Origin: Octopus bimaculoides
Taxonomy: Eukaryota
Assembly: GCF_001194135.2 (NCBI RefSeq)
Contig: NC_068993.1
Coordinates: 44,326,279 to 44,390,278 of the forward strand
Direction of reading: 5' to 3'
Length of the DNA: 64,000 nucleotides
Below, one piece after another: positions 1 to 59,694 of the stretch; the stretch's first letter is position 1; each line of letters starts with the position of its first letter. The notes under the pieces were generated by a model. The model did not search any database, had not been told where the DNA came from, and saw only the letters and a program-made list of their open reading frames with translations. The translations under genes were made by a program, and so were the position numbers.

Positions 1-3000
1 TTCCAAGATAGAGCAGCTAATTACTGTAAGCAGTTATACTTGCAACTGAATGCTGTTTGTTGTTAAACTCTCAACAGTGGGGGAATAATGGGAGTTAATG
101 AAAGACCATTAGTCTCTGTAACCAATCTTTATATTATCTGTACAATTTTCCCAAAGACTTGAGATATATCCTCCAAGATTAATTCTACGCTAAAACTGTT
201 CTTTTAATTTTTTTACTAAATTCAATCATTAGACATATGCCCTTTCTCCTGACTAAGACACACAAAAAAAGTGTAAGGTACTTAATTTGAATATTGGATT
301 ATGAATCAGGAATTTAAATCCATTGTAGATGCTTGTTGTTTCTAGGTGCTTAGTTCTCATTATTTTACCTCGTTTGAACCCTAACTATAGAGAATAGATA
401 ATGTCTTCTGAGAAAATAACCTGTGTAGATTAGCATCATATTTAGTGGGATGTTTATTTCTCATCTGCTTGATATTTCTATAAATTGAAGTGAAGCACCT
501 TTCTAGTGGATGCTAGAACTCCAGATTTTTATGTTACTGGAATAAACAAACTTGTTGGCAAAAATGTGATGTTTGTAATGGTACTTACTTTGATGAATAA
601 AATTTCCACTGTATCGAAATATATTGTGATGAATTTCATGTTTCAAAATGTTGCTTACTTTTTACTCAGCCTGATAGACATACTTATATACATATTTTCT
701 TTTTTCTGACATTTAAAGGATTCTTCTGTTGGACATGTTCCTGGTGGCACCATTTAAGATAGTAGTATTTATCTATTGAAATGATACAATAATTTCAAAT
801 ACACATAATTTTGTTCCAGTATTTCTCTCTCCTTTTTCTCTATATATCATTTATGTTAAATGCCAAAGTCATTGCAAACACTGTTAAATTGAGGAATTAT
901 CAGCTATCTGGAGAGACATATAAATCAACAGCTGTTGTTTTTGTTTTACTACAATTTCCTTCTACTTTAAAAAAAAAAAAAAGATTCTTTTACACCGTGC
1001 ATGAAATATAGATGGATAGCTAGATAGATGGATACATAGCTAGAGACAGATAGATATAGAGATGTTTTCATGTGTACACATAAATCCACTAAATGCTTTG
1101 ATATATATGTAAATAAGTACATATATTCACATATACATACTTGTTGAAAGGGCAATATGCACCTTCCTGTGCCATTTATTTCTGATTATTTCTGTAAAAT
1201 CTCCTTAGGATATGTACACTTTTGCAATTAGCATTTTATATTTTGCCTACAAAGAAATTGCTTGAAAATAGCAAAGCTTTGTGTATACATGTGTGTCTAT
1301 AGCAATTACATTGTACAAAAGGCATTTTAATCATCAGAAACTACAAGAACTGTTTAATATATACAAGCATGCAAGCACCTATACCATGGAGCACAAAAAA
1401 CAGATCATGAAATGAAGAAAAAATTTATGCAATGAAAGAACATTATGTAATGAAAGCATTGTTTTCCTTTTCTTTCTTCAATTATGCAAGGTCTTATTTC
1501 AACCACCAAAATTATGTAAGAACCATATTCATAGGTGATATGTGCATCATGTCATAGGTGTGTGTCCAGTGACAAGTCTAGATGAAATTGTTCAGTAAAT
1601 TTGGCTTATCTTTTCAAGAGTAGAATGCTAGGTGTCAGTCATTTAGTATTGTTTATAGATATAAAGGTTTAAAGAGAAAAGAGAGGAATAGAGATTAGCG
1701 GAAGCTGATGGAAATAATGAGAGAGAGGGGGTAGTTAAGAGACAAGACAACATGAAGAACAGCCAAACAAAGACCAGATATAAATAAGATAAAATTAATT
1801 GCTAGCCGAAGGGAATTGTAGTCAGTTCACCTTGCAGGGGTCAAAGTTGTCAATCTCTGATGATAAAGCTGTTAAGAAACTCAGAAGCAATAGACATAGA
1901 GGCATGGGAGAAAGTGGAAGATAATACAAGTACAGTAAGCTGAAGATAAATTATAACTTTACATAAGAGCAAAGGTGCTACAGAATTTGTGTCTGCAAGA
2001 GAAGATTACATTAGAGAATCAATTAAGAGGTCTTATTTTGGCATGATATGGTCCTCAATAACATAATTCATAAATGAAAAGGTTAGTGTTGTATAGGGTT
2101 CCACTACAAATTATGAACCAGAATAGGGTATAAGATATACCCTGGGGCTTGACGTGGTGTATGCAGATGGCTTGTGAAGTAGATTGTTTAGAGGCCCTAT
2201 TTGAGAAGGAGCTCAGGTGTGCAAGGTAGCATTACTTGACGTCAATCTACCTCACTACTACATGCACACATGCATCCCAACTGATATGGCCAACAACTTG
2301 CTTAACATAGATAAAACTAGATTAACACCCCCACTTAGCTCTTGGATGTCTTTAGTAAAGTCCACTCTTTTACATGTATTCAGCTTAGGTCACCAGTCTC
2401 GCATTAAATTTCTCTCTTCGTCCCACTATTCGTAGAAGCCTGAAAAGGACTGCTTTTCCTCCTCTAAGTCATTAATGAAAAGAATAAAAAATGTTCTATG
2501 AATGAAAGATTAAAGTTCAAAACATTATTTGTAACAAGGAAATTAAAAGGATAATTATCATAATAATAGCATATTATGGGAGTAAATTTGAATACCAGGA
2601 TCAATTACTACCAAACAATTGTAAGTTGCTTCATAGAAGTATAGTATATGTCTTTCTAAACATCATTTGAATGAGTAAATGTCAAACGCAAGCTATAGAA
2701 GGTTATTGCTGCTCCATACTCTATTGTAGAAGTATCTTCTTGACTACAATTCCTTACTCCTGTTACTGCAGACAGACAAAAGCACATTTGAGTGCTGCTT
2801 GTATATCAACATATCTATTGTTGTGTTAACCCTTTCTGTTTTATTACATATTGTAGGGCTCTGTAAAGGACAGTACCACATAATGTGTAATCATAGTTAT
2901 TTATGTGCATTGTAGTTTGAAGCAGAATGGTACTGAAGCAATTGTAACTGATATCAAACTTGTAATACTTACTTCATCTCCTTTTACATGAGTAAAAAAG

Positions 3001-3097
3001 AGACAGACAGAAAAAAGGAAAATGTCCCTTGCATTTGAAACTATGGAAATATTTAAAAAAAGACATTTAATTTAATTTTTCCACAATTTAATTGTTT

Positions 3098-3203
3098 TTT
3101 ATGCTTTACTCTAAGTTGAAAAGTCGCAAAGACTGAAACTGGTACTAAAATGTTCTTCATGATAAAATTATTTTAGCATTTTCTACCTTGTCTTATTTTC
3201 CTT
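3098..3203 (+). repeat. Dispersed repeat fragment duplicated at 8921-9027
   Basis: Shared aaagtcg.aaagac.gaaa.tg.tact..catgataaaattattttagcattttctaccttgtcttattttcctt, both followed by (AT)n. Confidence 0.7.
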
Positions 3204-3232
3204 TTAAATATTAAATCATGTGTTCTTTTCAA

Positions 3233-3280
<48 letters not shown>

Positions 3281-4938
3281 TATGTATATGACTGGCTTCC
3301 TTTAGCTTTCATCTACCAAACCCATTCACAAGGCTTTGGTCAGTTTAGAGAAATGAATTGACAGTCTTATATAAACATTGCTTGAACTTGTACTCTGGAG
3401 AGGAAGTTTCTGTGTACAAATATCTGCTCACCTTCGAACAACAGAGGCCTGCATATATGTGTATATAGATATTCAAAAAAGATGTTAGGGAATGTGTCTA
3501 TACAAAAGGATGTATAGCTACAGATGGAACTCTTTCATCATAAGTATGCTCAATCATAGCTGACTTGAGGCTAAACATTAACCATAAATATTTCTAGCTT
3601 AAGCAGAATCCTCATTATTGATTCTTCACCCTTCCCCTGTCATTTACCCTTTCTCCTATGCAAAAATATACTAAATAATCTGAATATATCAAGCACACAT
3701 CACTGTCAAAATGTTATCTTTAAGATAGCCTGTTAGTGCTAGTGTGTGTGTGCGCGCGCATGTATGTGTAATATATCATCTGTGAAACTAAGTGATTCAG
3801 AGATCTAGAGTCATAAATTACTCAAAGGTTTAGTTTCATAACAGAACATTTCAAACTAAACAGCTTTTAGACTCAATCTGAAAAAAATCTTTCACACAAA
3901 AAAGAAAGAAAACAAAGCGATATTCTCACATCATGCAACAGTTTTTTAAAAATCTTCTTTATGATTGATGTGTGTAATTATTTAATGGAATTTTTTGTTC
4001 TTTTTTTTGCTGGCTGTTGAAAATCTGACTCTTCAAATCTGTCCAACGTATGCAAGCATGGAGAGGTGGACATTAAATGATGATCTTTCTGAAAGATTAA
4101 ATGTTTTTACTATACATGTGATAGTTGGTTTAAATTCTATTTAGTTTGACAAGTTCTTTGAAATGAAACTCTAAGCTTTTGAGTCACAGTCAATAGCTTC
4201 ACAGCTAATAAATAATATACAGACACTGCTTTGTGCATTGTGCCCCACTCCTCCCAATTGCAAAAACCATACACACACAGACATACATATACTTATATGC
4301 ATTAACCTACATTTAAAAAAAAAAAAAGTTACATAAATGATGTTCAATAATTTGTACGGTGTTGCTATTGTATGTATGGCTGTCTGAAGTGACATTCTGA
4401 AAAGGTCATATAACCAGTTTTACCAGCAATGTTGCCACCATTCTCTTCTGCATGGATTTTGCCCTCTCTCTTTCTCTTTCTCACATAAGCCTCATTATTT
4501 CTCATTCTGTCTTTCTCACTATATTTTTTTGTGTTCTTTCTCTTTCTTTCTGTCTCTCATTAATTTGAATGTATTCATTGTCTCTTATTCTTTTTCATTA
4601 TTTTTTTCTCATTTTATTTACTCCCCACTTATCTCATTCATTTTGTTATTCTTTCCATTTAAATATTTCATATGAAAAATCTCTGAAAAAATTATTCCAA
4701 ACAAAGATTAGTATTTCAAGGTATTTATGATGGTGGCATAAATAGAAGATTGAATGAAATTCTCAAAAATGAAAAAAAAAAATTTCTTTCCTTTTTATCT
4801 GCCTTTTTTTCCCTTTTTTCATCACATTGTATTTTTGACCAACGCACTTTATTTTGTGTACTCAGCAAAATTACACGTGTGTATTATGTGGTGTCTGTTA
4901 AATGTACACACCTTGTTAACTGTTTTACTCTTCTTTTG

Positions 4939-4974
<36 letters not shown>

Positions 4975-5611
4975 NNNNNNNNNNNNNNNNNNNNNNNNNN
5001 NNNNNNNNNNNNNNNNNNNNNNNNNNNNNNNNNNNNNNNNNNNNNNNNNNNNNNNNNNNNNNNNNNNNNNNNNNNNNNNNNNNNNNNNNNNNNNNNNNNN
5101 NNNNNNNNNNNNNNNNNNNNNNNNNNNNNNNNNNNNNNNNNNNNNNNNNNNNNNNNNNNNNNNNNNNNNNNNNNNNNNNNNNNNNNNNNNNNNNNNNNNN
5201 NNNNNNNNNNNNNNNNNNNNNNNNNNNNNNNNNNNNNNNNNNNNNNNNNNNNNNNNNNNNNNNNNNNNNNNNNNNNNNNNNNNNNNNNNNNNNNNNNNNN
5301 NNNNNNNNNNNNNNNNNNNNNNNNNNNNNNNNNNNNNNNNNNNNNNNNNNNNNNNNNNNNNNNNNNNNNNNNNNNNNNNNNNNNNNNNNNNNNNNNNNNN
5401 NNNNNNNNNNNNNNNNNNNNNNNNNNNNNNNNNNNNNNNNNNNNNNNNNNNNNNNNNNNNNNNNNNNNACCTAAATTTTTAGTGATGCTTGTTACATCAG
5501 GAGCTACTAAAAGTAGGATAGTGTATATAACTGCTTGGTTACAATTACTATCAGTCCTATAATTATCATTAGTATTAACATCATTTTAAAGGACTAACTC
5601 CATCCCTTTGA

Positions 5612-5658
<47 letters not shown>

Positions 5659-5661
<3 letters not shown>

Positions 5662-5875
5662 GTTGGCAAGCTGGCAGAATCGTTAGCACACCGGGCGAAA
5701 TACTTAGCGGTATTTCATCTACCTTTACATTCTGAGTTCTAATGCATCCTTGGTCAACTTTGCCTGTCATCCTTTCGGGGTCGATAAATTAAGTACTGTT
5801 GAAACACTGGGGTTTATGTAATCGACTTACCCCCTCCCCCCCAAATTTCAGGCCTTCTGCTTATAGTAGAAAGGG

Positions 5876-5914
<39 letters not shown>

Positions 5915-6128
5915 GTTATTATTATTAGGGTGGCGAGCTGGCATGCTGGACAAAATGCTTAGCAGTATTTCATCCATCACTCCGTTCTGAGTTCAGATTC
6001 CACCTAGACTGACTTTGCCTTTCATCCTTTTGGGGGTCAATGAAATAAGTAACCAGTTGAAGACTGGGGTTGATGTAATCAACTCATTCACTCCCCAAAA
6101 TTGCTGCCCTTGTGGCAAAATTTGAAAC

Positions 6129-6183
<55 letters not shown>

Positions 6184-6370
6184 GTTATTATTGTTATTAT
6201 TGGCAGAATTGTTACCTCACTGAACAAAATGCTTAGTGGCATTTTTTCCAAATTTTACATTCTGAGTTGAAATGTTACCAAGGTTGCAACATTTTGCCTG
6301 TCTTTACATTTTGAGTTCAAATTCCACTAAGGTCAACTTTGCCTTTCATCCTTTCGGGATTGATAAAATT
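5659..6370 (+). mobile_element. Three head-to-tail tRNA-derived SINEs (family D) separated by (ATT)n
   Basis: Repeated AGCTGGCAGAATCGTTAGC..TTCTGAGTTCAAAT..CTTTGCCTTTCATCCTTT units starting at about 5659, 5927 and 6201. Confidence 0.85.
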
Positions 6371-6894
6371 CCATGCTGCATTTCTTCCAGCTCTTTATAG
6401 CCAAAAGGGGATGGAATAATGGATATTATAATTTTGGATGCACTGTGTCAGATAGGGAAGACAGGATGATCACACCTGGAATGCCTTTAATTGTAGGGTT
6501 ATAAAACTAAAAAATAAGCAAAAACAACCAATACATTTTATTTATTTGTCTAAGATGATCAAAACTAAGTAAATCCAAATTATAAAGAAAATTAGCCTTA
6601 AATTCTTGAAGTTATTTTCTTTCTCTCTCTCTCTCTCTCTTTCCTCTCTCTTCAGTTTCTTTCCTCTTTAGCTTTTCTTTCTTTCCTCTCTCTCCCACTT
6701 CTTCTCTTTCAGTTTCTTTTCTCTTTAGCTTTTGTCTCTTTCTCTCTCCATTTCTTTTCTTGTATTCCTTTCCAAAATGTATGTTTGGTCACTATGGGTC
6801 TACAAATTTTTCCCAAAATCATTGGAAATTTTTTTTTTCTTTTCAAAATTTTTTTTCTTGAGTTTTAGTTTCTTTTATTGCATTCTATATTTAT

Positions 6895-7445
6895 GAAACA
6901 TTTTGTCACTACATATTTAAATATGAAACAACAACGGACCACATATGTTTCAGACTAGATGTTTGATATTAAACAACAGTTGAACATCTGGTCTTGTCAC
7001 AGGCAACCATCATTTTTGTCACTAAATATTTTGTATTAAACAACAAGGGGCCAACTTTCTTGAAACCAAATGTCTAATTTTAAACAACAAACCATCAGAT
7101 TAAATGTTTAATTTTAAATAACAGTTAGCCATTCTTTTGTCGCAAATGTTTTATATCAAACAATGAATTATCTGTCTCTATTTAATATTAAACCTTAGCT
7201 AACCATCATTTTTGTCATTGAATGTATAGTATTAGGCAACAAATTTCCACTGATCCAGGTCATGAAACATAAAATATGACAGTTGACCCTTATTTGGTTG
7301 GTAACATATATTATTCAATTGGCCATCTTTTGCCACTAAATGTTAAATATTAAAAAATAATAGGTCATTTTTTTTTTGTCACTAAATGATAGTTGGTCAT
7401 CTTTTTGCTTCTACATGTTTCATATGCTTAATATTAAACAACAAT
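6895..7445. repeat. Degenerate ~42-bp minisatellite
   Basis: Recurrent ttttgtcactaaatgtttaatattaaacaacagttggccatc-like units, roughly 10 copies. Confidence 0.6.
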
Positions 7446-9023
7446 GTCTAGCACCAATAATCTTCTCAAACCACAGCATTGGATTTCTAACATTGGCACA
7501 AGGCCACAGATCTGGATATAGGTGTTAGTCATTTAAATCAATCCCAGTACTTCATTGGTACATTATTTTATTAACCCCAGAGGGATGAAAGCAAAGTTAG
7601 TCTTGACAATCTTCGAACTCAGAATATAAAAGATTGTAACTGAATATCTGAAGGCACTTTTTCCAATGGTTTACCAATTATGTAATACAAAATAATATAC
7701 TCTAAAACATCTCAAATGGCTCGTTTCTGATATTGCCAAATTCTGATTGACATTTAATTTTTTTTTTTAAATTGTTCTACAACATTTAAGTTGAAGAACC
7801 AACAATGGGATCTGCGTTGTCACTTGAACTGGTAGAAATAGTAGCCAAATCCACTCATATTACATACTCTACCCTGAAAAGAATGTTTCTCAGACTGGAT
7901 ATCGTCTTGTATATTCAATGCATGGGAAAAATGCAGAATACAGTTAGGAGTTGGTCTCGAGTAGACTAAACAACAACTATAACAACTAAAAAAAATTTGG
8001 GCTGGTTATTTCAAGAAGACAAAACTTGTAATTGAAGCCAACTAATCAAAATTAAATGATGATAATGTTTAATTTATAAGATCTTTTTCATCTAAATTTT
8101 AAACTAATTTAGCTTGTGAAGGGTTTTTTCTATTTATTTATTTGCACTATTTTATATTTTTCTTTTGCTCTCAACAAAAATTACAAAGGTGATGGTTGTT
8201 ATTCCATATTGACATAAAAAAAAAACACTACTCACTGTTGCTTTACATTTAATTTTTAAAAATTCATTTTTACATATGCACACATACACACACGAAAACA
8301 CATTACTCTCTAATGTTTATAGAGTTAAATTTGTTTGCTCAGGCGATTTAAAATATGTTGGTAATAAATGCTGTTAATCTTAAGTTAACTTGATTGAAAA
8401 ATTGTTTTAATTTTAATATCTTAGGTTGGAAAAATATTGATTTTTTTTTTTTTGTTTGTTTTTACTCTTTTCAAATTCTTCCTCTCTCTTTCNNNNNNNN
8501 NNNNNNNNNNNNNNNNNNNNNNNNNNNNNNNNNNNNNNNNNNNNNNNNNNNNNNNNNNNNNNNNNNNNNNNNNNNNNNNNNNNNNNNNNNNNNNNNNNNN
8601 NNNNNNNNNNNNNNNNNNNNNNNNNNNNNNNNNNNNNNNNNNNNNNNNNNNNNNNNNNNNNNNNNNNNNNNNNNNNNNNNNNNNNNNNNNNNNNNNNNNN
8701 NNNNNNNNNNNNNNNNNNNNNNNNNNNNNNNNNNNNNNNNNNNNNNNNNNNNNNNNNNNNNNNNNNNNNNNNNNNNNNNNNNNNNNNNNNNNNNNNNNNN
8801 NNNNNNNNNNNNNNNNNNNNNNNNNNNNNNNNNNNNNNNNNNNNNNNNNNNNNNNNNNNNNNNNNNNNNNNNNNNNNNNNNNNNNNNNNNNNNNNNNNNN
8901 NNNNNNNNNNNNNNNNNNNTTTAATATTAGATGAAAAAGTCGAAAAGACAGAAATTGTACTAACCATTACAAAATGTATTTCATGATAAAATTATTTTAG
9001 CATTTTCTACCTTGTCTTATTTT

Positions 9024-9083
<60 letters not shown>

Positions 9084-9136
9084 CTACCTACCTACCAGAG
9101 TGAGTACATAAATGTGAAACAAGGTGGAGTAATATG

Positions 9137-9263
9137 CTTTATTTATAAAGCTGCAAAAACATCACAAAAACTGTTACTCAGTTTCACATTACCATTCGCC
9201 AGACAGGAACATGAAACTCTGAGTAACAGATTTTGTGATGTTTTTGCAGCTTTATTGATAAAG
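9137..9263. mobile_element. Short hairpin MITE-like element
   Basis: ~50-bp inverted arms ctttat..ataaagctgcaaaaacatcacaaaa.ctgttactca. Confidence 0.75.
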
Positions 9264-9279
9264 TATATATATAATATAT

Positions 9280-9690
9280 AAGAAGTATTATGTGTGTATA
9301 TATATATATAAACACACACACACATATATATATACACATACATATATATATATATATACACACATACACACACATATATATACACATACACACACATATA
9401 TATACACATACACACATATATATATACACGCACACATATATATATATACACACACACATATATATATATACACACACATATATATATATACACACACATA
9501 TATATATATACACACACATATATATATACACATATATATGCACACATACACATATATGTGTATATGTATGTATGCGTGTGTATATATATTATATACATGT
9601 ATATACATATGTGTATATATAGTATATATATATATATTTGTATATATGTATGTATATATATTTGTATATATGTATGTATATATATAATAC
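9280..9690. repeat. Compound (AT)/(AC)/(GT) microsatellite
   Basis: Read directly; source of the YI/CV/HT pseudo-ORFs. Confidence 0.95.
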
Positions 9691-9914
9691 TTTTTACATG
9701 AAGATGGGTGATAGTGACTTTGAAGTTTTGGTTTGCTAGCCTTCATCACACTGTAGTACATTTGGGTTCCTCTTGACTTTACATAGTCTAACAGGCTAAA
9801 ACTTCGAAGTTACTGTCACTCATCTTGCCAAAATATATGTACTCTATAAAAAGTATTGAGTACTTTTTCAGTTTGTTTTTATAATGACTACATAAAAATT
9901 AATTTTATACACAG

Positions 9915-9968
<54 letters not shown>

Positions 9969-10384
9969 GATGTGTGTCTATATGCCTGTGTTCATTCTCA
10001 TGTTATTGATTGGTGCTATCTAGTGTGCAATTTTTTTTACTAAGAGAGCATTCTCTCTATCAATGCACCAGCTGGTAGAACTTTCACAGTAACAAAACTA
10101 TCAATCAATGACATTAAACTGTACAGCAATACAAATATGGACAAATAGAAAAATTGAATATTTTTTTATAGTTGCTTGCTGTTTGAAGTGCCATCCTTCA
10201 CATACAGAAATGGCTGGTTTGTTAATAACCTGATAGTCAAACTAGTAAATTACAAAAGGTAGTTGGGGTTACATTGTTGCTTGATCTGCTAGAATTGCCT
10301 AAATCTCTTCAAATAATATTGGGCCTTTTTTTAAAAAAAAGTTTCAGTTGAAAATGTTACACTAGTTACTCTATAGTTACTCAT

Positions 10385-10550
10385 AGGTGCAGGAGTGGCT
10401 GTGTGGTAAGTAGCTTGCTTACCAGCCACATGGTTCTGGGTTCAGTCCCACTGCGTGGCACCTTGGGCAAGTGTCTTCTACTATAGCCTCGGGCCAACCA
10501 AAGCCTTGTGAGTGGATTTGGTAGACGGAAACTGAAAGAAGCCCGTCGTA

Positions 10551-10607
<57 letters not shown>

Positions 10608-10804
10608 TTGTCCTCCCCACCATTGCTTGACAACCGACGGTGGTGTGTTTACGTCCCTGTAACTTAGCAGTTCAGCAAAAGAGACCGATAGAATAAGTAC
10701 TAGGCTTCCAAAGAATAAGTCCTGGGGTCGATTTGCTCGACTAAAGGCGGTGCTCCAGCATGGCCGCAGTCAAATGACTGAAACAAGTAAAAGAGTAAAG
10801 AGTA
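10385..10804 (+). mobile_element. tRNA-derived SINE family A (octopus-type), full-length young copy
   Basis: A-box TGGCTGTGTGG, B-box-like GGTTCAGTCCC, body ..GGAAACTGAAAGAAGCCC, internal (AT)n(GT)n, 3' module ending GAAACAAGTAAAAGAGTA; many other copies in the window. Confidence 0.9.
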
Positions 10805-11524
10805 TACTTAAAAAAAAAAAGACAAAGTGATTATAATTGAAATACCATTGATGATTTCTGAAATGTGCTTATATATGTGTATGTGTACATATATATAATG
10901 TGTATGTGTGTGCACTTGCGTGTATGCCTTGTTAATGAAGTTGGTAGGCAAAAACTCTGTGAAAGCCCATCATGGTTATATATATATGTGTGTGTTTGTG
11001 TTTATGTCTCACCACCACTTGATGATTAGTGTTTTTTTACATCTCCATAACTTAGGTGTTCAACAAAAGAGATGATAGAATAAGTATTTGGGGTCAATTT
11101 GTTTGACTAAACCCTTCAATGCCGTGCCCCAGTATGGCCACAGTCTATTGACTGAAACAAAGCAAAAGAAAGAAACCTGGTTATATTTCAACTCATAAAA
11201 TTATACAGAGAGGTTTGTAGAAAGTAATTTGGCATTTTAAGATTGATACTTCATCAGAAAGGTAAATTTTTTTTTTCCTCCATGGAAGAGTCAGTCTGAA
11301 AACTTCAGATGCCATTTCAATTTCATAGTATACAAACTATTATCCAAACTTATCATTTTACCACATAAATTTTGATGATGATGATCATCATCAATAATTA
11401 CCTCAAATTTTTTTTTTTTATTCAATAAAATAATATTTGATTTGAGAAAATATGTATGAAATCTTCACCTATTCCATTTTGTTTTGTGCTGCTAATTAAT
11501 CAATTTGTTTATTAAATTTGAAAG

Positions 11525-57317
<45,793 letters not shown>

Positions 57318-57496
57318 AAGGTAAGGTTATTATTAACTACTTTATTATACTTTTATTTTATTCATCCTGACAAAATTCTATAGTTGGTATCTCTGCTTAA
57401 ACAAGTCTGTATCAGTGGTAGTTGATGAACCATTAAATGATCAATTTTCATTGCCATAACTATTTTGTCTTCATAGAATAAGACTTAGAACTTATG

Positions 57497-57852
57497 TCAT
57501 CATCATCATCATCGTTTAACGTCTGCTTTCCATGCTAGCATGGGTTGGACGATTTGACTGAGGACTGATGAACCAGATGGCTGCACCAGGCTCCAATCTG
57601 ATCTGGCAGAGTTTCTACAGCTGGATGCTCTTTTTAACACCAACCACTCCGAAAGTGTAGTGGGTGCTTTTACGTGCCACTGGCACGAGGGCCAGTCACA
57701 CAGTACTGGGAACGGCCATGCTCAAAAGGTGATTTTTACGTGCCACCTGCACAGGAGCCAGTCCAGCGGCACTGGCAACAACCTCGCTCGAATGATTTTC
57801 TAACATGCCACCAGCACAAGTGCAAGAAGGCAACGCTGGTAACGATTATGCT
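57497..57852 (-). mobile_element. Retroposon family B, long copy in the putative 3'UTR intron
   Basis: High identity to 49563-49845 and 12080-12295. Confidence 0.85.
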
Positions 57853-59175
57853 CTACCTCTATCAATGCATGCATAATTTAGGGTAGTACAATATTGGGGT
57901 AAAAAAGCTGTTATTTTAAAATTTGTTCATTCTTTTCTTCAGATGTTAAATTTTCAGTCATTGATTCTGAAATTGCATGAGTTTTTAAACTGTTAAAATT
58001 ATATTCTTTGTTTTTAATAACAGTCCTTTATCCTCATCTCTAACCATCTGCTACTCTCCCTTTATATTCTTATCACATTACCTTCCACTCCTGATCCTCT
58101 GACTGCATCTATCCTTTCTTACTCCTTGAGGATTTGCTCTGACATCCCATCACTACCATCTTATCTCCTTCTCAACTTCTCCCATCCACCCTTATGTAAT
58201 TCAGGGTAACCGTGTTATTTTCTATAGCAAATCACTTGCTTTTGTCCCTCTGTCATACTTTCACCTCCCAATACCTGGCATAAAACCACCCCTCTTACCT
58301 CTCAAATATCCTCCTACACACACACACACACACACACACGCTTAGTTCAGAAGGCTTTTCTTTTTCTTGTTCTTTTCCAGTTTTGCAAGTTACTCACTAG
58401 TGCAGGTAGCACAAAAAAAAGCAACCAGTACACATTGGGAAGTGGTTGGCATTAGGAAGGGTACACAGCTGTAGAAACCATACTAAAGCAGATATTGGAG
58501 CTTGATGCAGCACTGCAGTTTGCTGGATCTTGTCAAACCATCCATCCTGTGCCAGCGTGAAAAATGGGCATTAAATGATGACAATGATAAGATAGTGAAG
58601 TGGCAGAAATAGTGAAGTTTTTGCTAAATTCTGTTTGATATGTAATTTCCCTTGCCTTTATGCATTGAGCATAAAGGAAGGACTCCGTTTGGTCATGTAT
58701 GACCATAGGTTTGCACCTAGAAAGTTATCTTCTGAGTCTGGGCAAGGTTGTTTTATGGAAGACCAACAGTCACTCGGGCATACCAGCCTCCCCTCTCCAT
58801 GCCACCAAGGGAAAGGCAAAGGCCAATACAGCTTGGCACCAGTGATGTTGCAACTCATTTCTACAGCGGAATGAACTGGAGCAAGAACACACTACACAGC
58901 CCAGTCAGAGAATTGAACTCACTACCTCATGATTGTGAGCTTGACACTCTAACCAGTGAGCCATGTGCATGTGCCTTCACTGAGCATATTGAGCATAAAT
59001 CCCCTACTTAAACAAAATAGGATAAGAACCAGGAATGTCTTCAGATCAATTAAATTGGCTACACATCCTCTCTATAATTTTGTACTCTTATATGAAAGAA
59101 ATCTATATTTTATCTATTGCAGAGTAAATTCAAAGTAGTTTTGCAATTTATCTTCGATATTTTCACTCATTTCAG

Positions 59176-59590
59176 GTTAAGGTTCAACAAGAACCGAAAT
59201 GTCAACGACAAGCCCATCATTTGGAAGTTGGAAACGTAATAGAAAGCGCTTTTGTACAAATATTAACATATTTTATGCCTTTTGACATGGTTTTGGTTTA
59301 TATCTGTCAAAATAACTCAACAAAAATCTCCCTAAAGACATTTCATTTTACTCGCATTTTTTATATTAAAGACTTTTTAAAAATTTTGACTTTCTTTTCT
59401 TTTATTAATGTACACAATTCTTACTTGTAAGAGCAACCGCAAATGTTTGGTTTATTTCCATAAACAGAGTATGATAAAATTGTAAATTTGCTTTTCTCTT
59501 TTTCGATTGTATGTTTTAAGATATTTACCAAAAATAATTTACAGCTCAATTTTGTAAATAAAACATCTTTAAATAAAACATCTTTAAATG
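59176..59590 (+). other. Probable terminal (3'UTR) exon of the PLC gene
   Basis: Acceptor tttcactcatttcag| matches the donor at 57321; two AATAAA signals follow; no transcript data available. Confidence 0.55.
59557..59577 (+). promoter_or_regulatory. Tandem polyadenylation signals
   Basis: AATAAA at 59557 and 59572 within a 15-nt tandem duplication (aaataaaacatcttt x2). Confidence 0.5.
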
Positions 59591-59658
59591 TTCAGATGAT
59601 GAAGCTTATTTGTTTTGTTTTTTTGTGTGTGTGAGGCATTCCTCTGTGTGTGTTTGTT

Positions 59659-59694
<36 letters not shown>

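Noticed and set aside
1620-2470. Possible - strand LINE RT remnant (also about 19930-20560 and 30430-30960)
   Set aside because: Motifs too decayed to assign by eye; needs BLASTx against RT domains
3432-3448. - strand 17-nt microexon-like segment (tgcag| ... |gtgagc)
   Set aside because: No partner exons or polypyrimidine tract; probably repeat-derived
7805-7975. Short ORF starting MGSALS, resembling an N-myristoylation motif
   Set aside because: Mostly within a dispersed repeat (ttgaactggtagaaatagtagccaaat family); no PLC similarity
9143-9761. YI/CV/HT-rich ORFs of 110-157 aa on both strands
   Set aside because: Translations of dinucleotide microsatellites
10172-10258. Phase 2-2 open segment with AG/GT that could splice to exon 11525
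   Set aside because: Peptide (CLLFEVPSFTYRNGWF...) has no EF-hand or PLC resemblance, and the donor gtagtt is weak
10385-10470. tRNA-like A/B boxes
   Set aside because: These are SINE heads continuing into SINE bodies; no cloverleaf or terminator, so no tRNA gene is called
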